A DNA stretch of 53,344 nucleotides from a virus (Duplodnaviria > Caudoviricetes), in IMG/VR virus record IMGVR_UViG_3300023174_000007, positions 1 to 53,344 of that record, one strand, 5' to 3'. The notes beneath the pieces are model-generated. The model was not told the origin of the DNA and ran no database searches. It saw only the letters and a list, made by a program, of their open reading frames with translations. The position numbers were made by a program, and so were the translations under genes. How positions within the stretch are numbered: position 1 is the first letter of the stretch; every line of letters starts with the position of its first letter. This document shows, piece after piece, positions 44,310 to 53,344 of this stretch.

Positions 44310-46028
44310 ATGAGCGCAGTATTTGAAGCTGTTGCAGATGTTGTTGAGACCGTATTTGACGCCGTTGGTGATGTGGTTGAAGTTGTCAGTGACGTTGTTG
44401 AAACGGTTGTTGAAACAGTTTCAACTGTTGTTGAGGCGGTCATTGAAGACCCTTTGCCAGTGTTGCTATCTGTTGCGGGAAGTTATATTGGTATTCCTCC
44501 TTATGTCACTATGGCGGCACTTACGGCGGCTCGTGGTGGTGACCTTGAAGACATTGCTTTGTCAGCGGGTATGGCTTATATTGGCGGAGAGATTGCGCCG
44601 AGCATTTCAAGTTCTATTTCCTCAACTGTGTCTTCATCATTTATTGAGGCTGGATTTAATGAAACATTTACCGAGGTTGCTAGTAATTCAATTAGCAAGG
44701 GTTTAGTTAATGGAACTATGGCTGAAATAAAAGGCGGTAGTTTTGAAGATGGTTTTGCTGGTGGATTTGTTGGCGGTATGGTACAAGGCGGTGTTGGAGA
44801 AGTTGCTAGTTTTGTAAAAGACGATGTAATTGACTTAGCTATGGAAAATGGCTTGGATTTAAAAGACGCAACGTCCGTATACAATGCCAGCGTAAAAGCG
44901 GTCTCTGCTGGAGTTACTTCTGAGGTAACTGGTAAAAATGACTTTGTAACATCATTTACAAATAGCGCTATTGGTTCTGGTATTGACTCTGGCGCTCGTT
45001 CATTAAACGTGACAATTGATGAGCAGTTTAAAACTGCCGCAACCGATTGGAACGAAAAAGATAAAGAAGGAACTCCTATTGATGTAGCCGTAACTGGCGC
45101 AGGGATTCCAAATGACGTAGTTTCTCAAGTGCAGGTCTCTGATATTGGCGTTGACGCTACTGCTGATACCAACATGGTTCAAACAAAGCCAGATAGCACT
45201 ATTGATACTGCAAACGTATTGGCTGATACTGTTGCGAATAGAACTAATAATGTTGCTTCTGTTGGCGAAACAGCCGCATCAGACATTTCTGTATTGCCTG
45301 AAACAGTATTAGCAAGCGCTCCAACGGCAGAGACTGTAACTGATTTTGCTGATACAACTGTAGCACCTACAAGTATTGAAGAAATTTTAGCTAACACGGC
45401 TAATCAAACTAAAGATGTTCCTGAAAACTTAGTTGATATTGCCAGCACATTACCATCAAGCACAGAAGCTGTTGCAGAGCCTGTCGGTGGATTGACAACG
45501 GTTGCTCAGTCTCCTTCAATAGAGCCTAAAGGTGGTTTGACAACTATAGCTGAGTCAACTGCTCCAGTAGTTGATATGGGGGACGTAGCTAAAACAGCGG
45601 CTGTGTCTGAAGCCCCTGTATCTGAAAATTTATTGACCGCTGGATTGGTTCAAGAACCACCCGTAGGTGGCCTAACTACCGTTGCGCAAGAAACGCCTCA
45701 AGACAAGATGGCAAGTTCAATGGGCTTTAAACCTACAGACATAACTAAACCAGTAGTAGCAAGTGTTGGCAGTTTGCTTAAACAACAATTTAATAAAGCA
45801 AAAAGCCCTGCATCTCGCACTCCTGCTCGTCCTACTGGCGGATTGCAAATGGCTAGTGCGGTTACTAAAAAACCAACAGCACCTCCAGCAAAAATGGATG
45901 TGTCAAAGTTAATTCCAATACAAAAAGCAACTACAACGGCTCCAGCTAAAACATTAGCTAGTAACGCAAAATTAAGCCCTGTGACTAACATTGCAGGTCT
46001 CACCTCATTGCTGAAAAAGACAGGATAA
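44310..46028 (+). CDS. Putative ejection/internal virion protein
   Basis: Acidic amphipathic Val-rich N-terminal repeat, Gly/Ala hydrophobic helices, low-complexity tail with GGL repeats. Confidence 0.55.
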   Translation: MSAVFEAVADVVETVFDAVGDVVEVVSDVVETVVETVSTVVEAVIEDPLPVLLSVAGSYIGIPPYVTMAALTAARGGDLEDIALSAGMAYIGGEIAPSISSSISSTVSSSFIEAGFNETFTEVASNSISKGLVNGTMAEIKGGSFEDGFAGGFVGGMVQGGVGEVASFVKDDVIDLAMENGLDLKDATSVYNASVKAVSAGVTSEVTGKNDFVTSFTNSAIGSGIDSGARSLNVTIDEQFKTAATDWNEKDKEGTPIDVAVTGAGIPNDVVSQVQVSDIGVDATADTNMVQTKPDSTIDTANVLADTVANRTNNVASVGETAASDISVLPETVLASAPTAETVTDFADTTVAPTSIEEILANTANQTKDVPENLVDIASTLPSSTEAVAEPVGGLTTVAQSPSIEPKGGLTTIAESTAPVVDMGDVAKTAAVSEAPVSENLLTAGLVQEPPVGGLTTVAQETPQDKMASSMGFKPTDITKPVVASVGSLLKQQFNKAKSPASRTPARPTGGLQMASAVTKKPTAPPAKMDVSKLIPIQKATTTAPAKTLASNAKLSPVTNIAGLTSLLKKTG

Positions 46029-46031
46029 GAC

Positions 46032-48602
46032 ATGGCTATTTTACAAAAACGCAAATCAAGTAGACAGCTTCCTGAAGCAAGGGGAATTCAACGCTCACCA
46101 CTAGATAGCGTTATTCGTGGCGGTGATAACGCTCCATCTATTTCTGGTGGTCGTCCCTCATCAATCACTTCAGGCGGTGGCTTTGAAACTTCTAATCCTT
46201 TGACTTCCTCTACTAAGCGTCCTTTTACTTCAACGGTAACTAATCCTACACCATCATTGACATCAAAGACTTCTTCGGTTCCTAAAACTTCTTTGACTCC
46301 ACGAACAACTTTAACTACTAAACCTGCAACGACTAAGCCAACAATTACAACTAAAACTCCTACTACCCCTGCGACTAAAACAACGCCAGTTAATGTTAAT
46401 ACAAGGCCAACAATTTCAAAGTCTACTGGAACTAATAATTCCATAACTAGTAAAGTGCTAAATGCAGGTACAGGCGCAATTATTGGTGCTGGTACAAAAT
46501 TATTATTTGACAAGGTTTCTGGTAAACCTGTTGTTACACCTCCTTCTGGCGGCACAAAAACTCCTGCTGGCGGAACAACAAAACCTGCGGGTGGTGGAAG
46601 CACGCCAAATATTAGTAGACCCAAGACGCCTACTAGCACAATAAACCCAGTAACTAAGTTGCCAACAGGTACTGGGTTTGGAGATGACAAAGAAGAATTT
46701 ACAACAGACTCATTAGGTAATACTTATAAGACTATGCCTGATGGTACGTCTGTGCTTTATCGCGCCGCAGAGGTTGATGAAGATGTTGAAGCAACTACGC
46801 CAACTGGTGGAGGAACTCGCAGTATTGGTGGAACTGACACAACTGTTGCAAATACAGATATGCAGTATTACCAAGACGATGCAGGCAACATCTACACAAT
46901 GAACGAAGATGGTAGCTATGCTTTGTTTGCTGACGTAAATCAATCTGAAAATGACGCTAATACCGCTTTTGCTGACAATACTTATATTGACCCTGATACC
47001 AATCAAGTTTGGACTTTAGCTGAGAATGGTGAATGGTCAACAGTTGGTGAGTCCCTACCGAATGATGATAACGATATAAGTTCAAGAATCGGGCCTAAAT
47101 TTGATACTAATTATTTAGCGGATAACAATGAATTTCCTAATGAAAATGATTATTTATTAGCAGACACTAATGGCTTCACCTACGATAATGGAGACGACTA
47201 TGAAGTCAAGCGCGGAGGACTAATTACTATGATGAAAAACGGTGGGCTTCCACATTTTGAAGAAGGCGGCGTAACGCAATATCACGACGACGGCTCTTAC
47301 ACTATTACATACGATGACGGCTCAACAGTAACTTATGATTCTGATGGCGACCAATATAGCACTTCGGTTCCAGATGAAGACCCAGTAACAGGAGTATTTA
47401 CGCCTAAGAAAGTAACAATAGCGCCGGGATATAGTACAGGTAAATACGACCCTAAAAATAAAATTTATTCAAGCAGTAAACTAGGTTCAGAGTGGCCTGC
47501 TGGTTTTATGGCTAATGGTGATGGTACTGCCACAATGGTTAACGATGACGGCTCTACAATGACCGTTGACGCTGAAATGAACCCTGTATACACAACTAAC
47601 GCAACTGATAGAACTGAAACAAGCAGGTCTTTTACTGATGAACTTGGTAATTTAATTAATAAAGGCACAGGTCTTGGTAAGAGTGCTTTGGATAGTATTA
47701 CTGGTGCATTGGGTACTACCGCAGGCGCGGCTGGTGCTGGTGCTTTGATTGCATCATTGCTTGGTAGTGACTTTAGTGGTGGTTCTGGTTCACAAAACCA
47801 AGGCGTTGATATGTCTAAGGTTGGTGTTATTAACCCACGCACAACAGACTTTGGGATTGGCCCAACTAAATTTGTTGGTTATGAAGACTACGGTACAGGC
47901 GGTGGGGACTACACGCCTAATGCGGAATTGTTGACTAACCTAAATGCGCCGGGCTACAACCCTGTTAACGAAGGTGACTACGGCTACGAAGAAGTTCCTG
48001 AAGAAAGAACTCCTCAAATGGCTTCAGGTGGTTTGTCTTCAATGTCAAGCCCAGTTGCGTCTTACTACACGTTTGGTCAACCTGCGGACATTTTGGCAAA
48101 CTTAGGTATGCGCCCACAGCCGCCAATGAATCCGCCTGAAATGATGACTCAAGTTGGTCAACAACTACCACCTCAGCAAGCGCAACAGCAAAGATTGCCA
48201 CAACAAGCGCCTCCTATGGCTCCACAACAGATGTCGCCTCAAATGCCACAGCAAGGCATAATGCCACAACAGCAAGGTATGCCTCCCCCAATGCGTAAGG
48301 GTGGATTGCTTCACATTTCTAATGTGCCAATGGTAGAAGGTCGTATGGATTTCCGTAACGGCTCTGCTGTACATGGAGAAGGCGATGGACAGTCAGACGA
48401 CATTCCTGCTATGTTAGCTGATGGTGAATATGTAATTGACTCTGAGACTGTGGCACAAATTGGCAACGGTTCAACTAAGGCTGGCGCACAGGCTTTGGAT
48501 AAATTTCGCGAGAGTATCCGCGCCCACAAGCGTTCTGCCCCCGTAAATAAAATCCCACCAAAAACAAAGGTGTTGACCTCATACCTTAAAGGAGTAAAAT
48601 AA
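46032..48602 (+). CDS. Putative ejection/internal virion protein with a C-terminal GxGDGxSDxIPAML domain
   Basis: T/P/K-rich, D-rich hairpin repeats, Q/P-rich segment, xxxGG motifs, GEGDGQSDDIPAMLADGEYVI. Confidence 0.6.
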   Translation: MAILQKRKSSRQLPEARGIQRSPLDSVIRGGDNAPSISGGRPSSITSGGGFETSNPLTSSTKRPFTSTVTNPTPSLTSKTSSVPKTSLTPRTTLTTKPATTKPTITTKTPTTPATKTTPVNVNTRPTISKSTGTNNSITSKVLNAGTGAIIGAGTKLLFDKVSGKPVVTPPSGGTKTPAGGTTKPAGGGSTPNISRPKTPTSTINPVTKLPTGTGFGDDKEEFTTDSLGNTYKTMPDGTSVLYRAAEVDEDVEATTPTGGGTRSIGGTDTTVANTDMQYYQDDAGNIYTMNEDGSYALFADVNQSENDANTAFADNTYIDPDTNQVWTLAENGEWSTVGESLPNDDNDISSRIGPKFDTNYLADNNEFPNENDYLLADTNGFTYDNGDDYEVKRGGLITMMKNGGLPHFEEGGVTQYHDDGSYTITYDDGSTVTYDSDGDQYSTSVPDEDPVTGVFTPKKVTIAPGYSTGKYDPKNKIYSSSKLGSEWPAGFMANGDGTATMVNDDGSTMTVDAEMNPVYTTNATDRTETSRSFTDELGNLINKGTGLGKSALDSITGALGTTAGAAGAGALIASLLGSDFSGGSGSQNQGVDMSKVGVINPRTTDFGIGPTKFVGYEDYGTGGGDYTPNAELLTNLNAPGYNPVNEGDYGYEEVPEERTPQMASGGLSSMSSPVASYYTFGQPADILANLGMRPQPPMNPPEMMTQVGQQLPPQQAQQQRLPQQAPPMAPQQMSPQMPQQGIMPQQQGMPPPMRKGGLLHISNVPMVEGRMDFRNGSAVHGEGDGQSDDIPAMLADGEYVIDSETVAQIGNGSTKAGAQALDKFRESIRAHKRSAPVNKIPPKTKVLTSYLKGVK

Positions 48603-49597
48603 TGGCTGGCTTATTTCAGGGTGACCCACTACCCGCGATTACCAAGACAACGGAAGCCCAACAGACGGCTCCAGAATTTTATACAAATTATTTACAAGAC
48701 ATAGCAAACCTTGGACAGAACGCTGTTCAACAAGGCGGTGTAGCTGGCTTTAGCCCACTACAACAGCAAGCCTTCCAAATGGCTCCAGACGTTGCTTTTG
48801 CTGGTGCTGGGTCTATGGGTGCATCTTCTCAATTACTCGGTCAGGCGGGTGCTACAACCGTTCCTGATGTCATTGCTGACTACATGAATCCCTACACCTC
48901 AAGCGTGGTGGATGAGATGGGTCGTTTGACTAATCGAAATGTGCAGGAAAACATTCTCCCTAATCTTGGTGCGGCGGCTATTGGCTCTGGTCAATTTGGC
49001 TCACGTCGTCAACAACAAGTTACTGGTAACGCTTTGCGTGACATCCAAGCCGACTTATCTGGTAAGCAAATGCAAGCGCTTCAGCAAGGTTATACACAGG
49101 CTGGCACGCAGGCTCAAACCGATTTATCTCGCGCATTATCTGCTGGTCAGGCCTTTGAGAATCTAGGTCAAGCACAGCAGGGGATGGGCGTAGCAGGTCT
49201 AAAGACTATGTCGGACTATGGCGCTCAACAGCAGGCTCAAGGCCAACGACTACTTGATTACCCAATGGCTCAGACTCAGCAATTTGCCAAGTTAATGCAG
49301 GGCTATCAAATGCCTATGGGGACAACTACACAAACAACTGGCTCAGAGGGTTACTCCAATAGTCCCTTGTCTCAGATTGCTGGCTTGGGTTCTTTAGTTG
49401 CTTCTTTGTTTCCAAACACAAGTGTTGCGGACGCACAAAAAGCTTATTACGACAGAGGCGGCAAGCCTGTTGCAGAGGGCGGTTCTATTAAAAAGACTGG
49501 TTTTCGTATGGCTGATGGCGGAATGGCTCCAACAGGTGCAGAATTCCATGATGGTAGCGGAAACTTTTACGATGCCGATGGCTACTTAGTGAGGTAA
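48602..49597 (+). CDS. DNA ejection/pilot-like protein
   Basis: Q/G/A-rich; VAGFSPLQQQA, YMNPY...V, GQFGSRR, SPLSQIAGLG. Confidence 0.65.
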   Translation: MAGLFQGDPLPAITKTTEAQQTAPEFYTNYLQDIANLGQNAVQQGGVAGFSPLQQQAFQMAPDVAFAGAGSMGASSQLLGQAGATTVPDVIADYMNPYTSSVVDEMGRLTNRNVQENILPNLGAAAIGSGQFGSRRQQQVTGNALRDIQADLSGKQMQALQQGYTQAGTQAQTDLSRALSAGQAFENLGQAQQGMGVAGLKTMSDYGAQQQAQGQRLLDYPMAQTQQFAKLMQGYQMPMGTTTQTTGSEGYSNSPLSQIAGLGSLVASLFPNTSVADAQKAYYDRGGKPVAEGGSIKKTGFRMADGGMAPTGAEFHDGSGNFYDADGYLVR

Positions 49598-49600
49598 TAA

Positions 49601-51358
49601 ATGGCAACTCCAATACAAGGTGGTTTAGGTCAAGCATCCGCAAAACCTCCAGCACAGGCGGCTAATTTTGATACTGATGCTGTACAAGCAGAGAATTTAG
49701 AAAGCCAATTGAAACCGACTGGCTTAAAAGATAAGGTGGTTGATGACCTTGGTGACCAACGCGAAGCGTTAAACAATGCACTATTGCGTATGCGTGAAAG
49801 TTTAGATGCGCGTAAAAATAGGATGTTTGACCCTGTCTTAATGCAAACCGCCGCAGGCTTCTTAAAACCAACTAAGACGGGTTCTTTTGGCGAGTCATTA
49901 GGCAGTGCCGCAGAAAATGCTGGAGCCGCCGCAGAACGTCAATTAATAACTGATGCAGAAAATCAAAAACTAGAACTAGAACTTTTAGGAAGAGAGCAAG
50001 AGTTTCGTCAACAGTTAGGTGGCGACACATTGATGAGCGCACTGTTGGGTGGGCAAAAGACTGCTGGCGCACCGCCTCCCGCTGGCGCACCAAGTGGTGC
50101 AGTAAAAGTTGCTGGCACAGCGCCCTCAGTTGATTTGACAACCCAATCAGGTCAACAGCAGGTTGTAGCGGATGTCCGCGACGGTCGAATTAAAGTTACT
50201 GACGAAATATTGGCTATTGCAAGTCGCGTTGCTCCCAAAATGCTTCCTTTCCTCCAAGAGATGCGCAAGTCTCAAGGTGAAGAAGAGAAGAATAGGATTG
50301 AAAGAGAAAAATTAGAAAAAACTACTCGTAAAGTTGTTCCTCGTGGATTACGCACTGAGCGTGAAATGAATATAGGAGAATACAACCAATACTTAGCCGC
50401 AATTAATCAGTATCAAACAGATGGCGATGAGCAGAAATTGCTTAATTTCTACGATAAATTTGGTTGGCTTGAGTCCGAACAGGCTCGTGGTCGTAAGATT
50501 GCAAAAGAAGGCGAGCCTTCTGTTATTAGCCCAGCAAAGACACAGTCTGAAATGGATGCTGAAAAAGAAACAGCAACTAAGACTGCGTCTGGTCGTGCTG
50601 AGGCCGCTGAGAAATTGGCAACAAGACTTGGAGTACAAGCTGAGGCGGCATTTGAAAATACAAACATTGCTAAAGACATGATTGGCTATGCCAAGAACAA
50701 TCCGCTTGTGTTTGATTTGATGAACAGACCCGGCCTTGGTAACGCTATTGCTCGTGCCATTCAAGAGGGCGTCAATGTTGGTAATTTCAGCATTAATTTG
50801 CCTGTTGGAATTATTAAACAGTACGAACTTAGTTCAAATGATTTGACCGCGTTGCAGATGTTTATGCAGAAGAGCGCACAGTTGCAGTCGCGTGGTAGAC
50901 AGTTGAATAGAACGCCGGGAGAGGGTTCAACCTCCGACTACGAAACAAAACTACTTGGCGGTATCTATGCGTTACCGTCCGACAGCCAACGCGCTATCAT
51001 CTTGAAGTCAGACGCCCTTATCATGCAGGGTATGTTTGACGAAGAGCGCTTTAAGTTGTGGAACAAAAAGAGCAAAGAGTCTGGCTATAATTACAACGAT
51101 TTTCTTATTGACGACGACTATAAAGAACTTAAAGCAAACTATCGTAAAAAACTTGACGCTGTACGCGAAGAGAATATGGATTTACTTTCTCCTAAAAAGA
51201 AAGATAAGAATCCTCCTGCAAACCCTTCAAATGCTCCTGCAAATCCACCTGCAAACACTCCTGCAACTAAGTTGCCTCCTAATGATTCTTCAGTACCGCC
51301 GGGGTATATTAAAGACCCCAAAACTGGCGTAATTCGTAAGAAACGCGAGGGCGAATAA
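49601..51358 (+). CDS. DNA ejection protein (P22 gp20-like position)
   Basis: Helical; GFL.PT.TG.FGESLG and GEGSTSDYE motifs. Confidence 0.55.
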   Translation: MATPIQGGLGQASAKPPAQAANFDTDAVQAENLESQLKPTGLKDKVVDDLGDQREALNNALLRMRESLDARKNRMFDPVLMQTAAGFLKPTKTGSFGESLGSAAENAGAAAERQLITDAENQKLELELLGREQEFRQQLGGDTLMSALLGGQKTAGAPPPAGAPSGAVKVAGTAPSVDLTTQSGQQQVVADVRDGRIKVTDEILAIASRVAPKMLPFLQEMRKSQGEEEKNRIEREKLEKTTRKVVPRGLRTEREMNIGEYNQYLAAINQYQTDGDEQKLLNFYDKFGWLESEQARGRKIAKEGEPSVISPAKTQSEMDAEKETATKTASGRAEAAEKLATRLGVQAEAAFENTNIAKDMIGYAKNNPLVFDLMNRPGLGNAIARAIQEGVNVGNFSINLPVGIIKQYELSSNDLTALQMFMQKSAQLQSRGRQLNRTPGEGSTSDYETKLLGGIYALPSDSQRAIILKSDALIMQGMFDEERFKLWNKKSKESGYNYNDFLIDDDYKELKANYRKKLDAVREENMDLLSPKKKDKNPPANPSNAPANPPANTPATKLPPNDSSVPPGYIKDPKTGVIRKKREGE

Positions 51359-51359
51359 T

Positions 51360-53072
51360 ATGGCAAATGACCATGTAAAGATGTTTATTGAAGAGTATTC
51401 ACCAATTGCTGTACAAGTAAGCAAGCAAACTGGTATTGCTCCTTCAGTTCTTTTGGCTCAGTGGGGTATGGAGTCTAACTATGGACGTAGTCCTGTCGGT
51501 CATTTTAACTTTGGTAACGTCAAGGATATGTCTGGCACAGGCACTGAGGCCACTGACAATAAAACAAAGTCTAAAGACAAGTATGTTAACTTTGAAAGCC
51601 CAGAGGCTTTTGGGGATTACTACGCTCACATGATGCGTCGTCTATATCCGCAAACTTTAAACTCTGGTACAGATATAACCAAATATGCAGAAGGTTTACG
51701 CAATGGCGTAAAAGGTTCTTACGCTGAAGATGAGAACTATGAGAAGGCTATTCGTGGCGCACATCAAATAACTTCTAACCTATATAAAAACCCAGAAATC
51801 CCAGAGGTAAAAGAACCAAGCGTTTTTGAAAACTATGAGTCTGAGTCATCTAAATTTAAAAAAAATCAAGAGGAAATAGACCGTAACAAAGAAACAAAAA
51901 CAGAAGAAACTCAAGGCGGACTAAACGCTCCTGATGCTGGGGCAGTTATTGGTGCTGGAGTTAATGCGCTTTTGCCTGCATTTACTGACCCAAGAATATC
52001 TCCAAAGGTTGACACAGGTAGAGCAGAAGAAGCCAGCCTTACCGCCCAAGACAAAATAGAACTAGCGCGTGCTAATTTACAAAAAGCCGCACCGCAAGGT
52101 ATTGAAAATCTTAATGACCTATATAACCAAAGCCAAAACGAATTAAATCGTATTAAAAACGAGCAAGCATTGCTTGAAGCTAGGCTTAAAGGGATACCTA
52201 ATCCATCGCCCCCAACAGAAGTTTCGCCAGACCAAGTACAGGTTGAGTCTAGAAAGATTGCTGGCGCTGGTGCGCCTTATAACACCGTACAGGCTATGGC
52301 TAGTGAGCGCGTTCCATACAACGTAGCAAATCAAGCTATTGATATGACTCGCGGTGAAGGACATGGAAGAGGCGCTCACGACATTATTGACTTGTTCAAC
52401 AAAGGTAAAGCACGAGCCGAAAATATAGGGTTGCAAGACTTTACGTTGACGGGAGAAAAAGGCCCCGGCGAACTCTATCTACCCCCAGAAATAGCAGACC
52501 CAAGAAACGAAGAAATTGCACAGCGTAACGAGGCCAACAGAAATCAACAGGCCATCCTCGCACAGCAACAAGAGCAAGAACGCGCAAGACTTCAGGCTGA
52601 GTTAGACCGCATTCGTCAAGAACGTGCGGCTCAGGGAAGTCAACACAACATTATTACTTCGCAAGTAAAGAGCGCGGCTCCTCTACAAAGAGCGCTTACT
52701 AAAGCCGAGACTGATGCAGAAATTGCTAAACGTAAACTAGAACGTGGTCAACAACAACCTAACGCCGCAGGGCGCGTGCTTGAAGGTGCTGGCGTGGCCT
52801 CTACTAGGGTAGGTGCATTACCCCGCGCAGTTATAGGTGGTGGTGCTGGATACGTTGGCGTAATGAGTTATCAAGAAGCCTTGGCACGTTATAAAGCTGG
52901 CGACACTAGCGAAGCCGTTTTAAAGGCTTTAGAGGCTGGCGCGGCTACAGCGGCTATGGTTCCCCCAGCAGGTAAGGCGGCGACCAAGGTGCGCGGTGCT
53001 GGCGTAATTGGTGGGCTAGGTTTAGGTGCTTATGAGTTAGGAAAACGCCTGCTGAGACCACCAGAAGAATAA
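51360..53072 (+). CDS. Virion-associated peptidoglycan hydrolase (GH73/FlgJ-like N-terminus) ejection protein
   Basis: LAQWGMESNYG, NFGNVK, F.S.E, YAED.NY; coiled coil and hydrophobic C-terminus. Confidence 0.8.
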   Translation: MANDHVKMFIEEYSPIAVQVSKQTGIAPSVLLAQWGMESNYGRSPVGHFNFGNVKDMSGTGTEATDNKTKSKDKYVNFESPEAFGDYYAHMMRRLYPQTLNSGTDITKYAEGLRNGVKGSYAEDENYEKAIRGAHQITSNLYKNPEIPEVKEPSVFENYESESSKFKKNQEEIDRNKETKTEETQGGLNAPDAGAVIGAGVNALLPAFTDPRISPKVDTGRAEEASLTAQDKIELARANLQKAAPQGIENLNDLYNQSQNELNRIKNEQALLEARLKGIPNPSPPTEVSPDQVQVESRKIAGAGAPYNTVQAMASERVPYNVANQAIDMTRGEGHGRGAHDIIDLFNKGKARAENIGLQDFTLTGEKGPGELYLPPEIADPRNEEIAQRNEANRNQQAILAQQQEQERARLQAELDRIRQERAAQGSQHNIITSQVKSAAPLQRALTKAETDAEIAKRKLERGQQQPNAAGRVLEGAGVASTRVGALPRAVIGGGAGYVGVMSYQEALARYKAGDTSEAVLKALEAGAATAAMVPPAGKAATKVRGAGVIGGLGLGAYELGKRLLRPPEE

Positions 53073-53103
53073 ATTTCGAGGAGCAGTTGCCACTCTCCTT
53101 TTT

Positions 53104-53131
53104 GCCCCCCTTAATCGGGGGGGCTTTTTTT
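53104..53131 (+). terminator. Rho-independent terminator at the convergence of late and early operons
   Basis: GCCCCCCT-TAATC-GGGGGGGC followed by T7. Confidence 0.85.
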
Positions 53132-53315
53132 AGGCAGTCCCAGCAGTAAAATGAAGCAAGACGTGGTTATTAAAATTTGCCTTATCTGCTTGTTGGACAC
53201 CCTCATCAAACCCCTGCTGATAGGCATCAAGGCAGACTTTAGCCATCAATGTTTTAGGGTCTATGCGCCCTTCTTCGTAATCTTTAGCAAGTAATTTAAT
53301 GAGTTGGATGTCCAT
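53130..53315 (-). CDS. Hypothetical protein (last gene of the leftward operon; 5' part duplicated at 1-98)
   Basis: AGGAG RBS, 61 aa, continues the operon across the circular junction. Confidence 0.7.
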   Translation of the reverse strand: MDIQLIKLLAKDYEEGRIDPKTLMAKVCLDAYQQGFDEGVQQADKANFNNHVLLHFTAGTA

Positions 53316-53344
53316 GTTCTACTCCTATTCGGGACGTTGATTAT
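53218..53344. repeat. Terminal direct repeat, right copy
   Basis: Identical to 1-127. Confidence 0.95.

Noticed and set aside
46088-46690. 200-aa hydrophobic antisense ORF, and other antisense ORFs in the late region
   Set aside because: Shadows of Thr/Pro/Lys-rich sense genes, with no RBS or operon context.
53218-53344. 127-bp terminal repeat as a biological DTR
   Set aside because: The length matches a common assembly k-mer and it cuts through coding sequence, so it is best read as circular overlap.
1-53344. tRNA genes, alternative genetic code, introns/inteins
   Set aside because: No cloverleaf seen in the short intergenic gaps; genes are intact in the standard code; terL and helicase have normal lengths.

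Overview
The window is a complete, circularly permuted dsDNA tailed-phage genome of about 53.2 kb. Positions 1-127 are repeated exactly at 53218-53344, most likely assembly overlap. Layout: (1) a short leftward early operon with PD-(D/E)XK nucleases and an SSB-like protein; (2) a divergent Cro-like HTH / YdaU-type initiator / primase zinc finger / DnaB helicase / methyltransferase / RusA block; (3) about 6.5 kb of small coupled accessory ORFs, including a Ref/HNH nuclease and an ABC-ATPase-GNAT fusion; (4) a podovirus-like late region with terS, terL, a 1561-aa multidomain protein, portal, GroES-like protein, scaffold, capsid, tail fibres, lysis genes, adaptor/nozzle and ejection proteins. I saw no integrase, CI repressor, tRNA, CRISPR array or polymerase. 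A freshwater betaproteobacterial host is a guess from gene content only. Two candidate novel systems stand out. The first is an acyl-carrier protein plus an intact Cys-His-His ketosynthase, translationally coupled inside the tail/ejection operon, which suggests phage-directed acylation of virion ejection proteins. The second is a hydrophobic-x-x-GG motif repeated across late proteins. It segments the 1561-aa protein into modules (two ART-like, one beta-barrel-like, one ParB-like), which suggests a polyprotein processing or sorting code. All product calls come from motif recognition by eye; no database searches were run.
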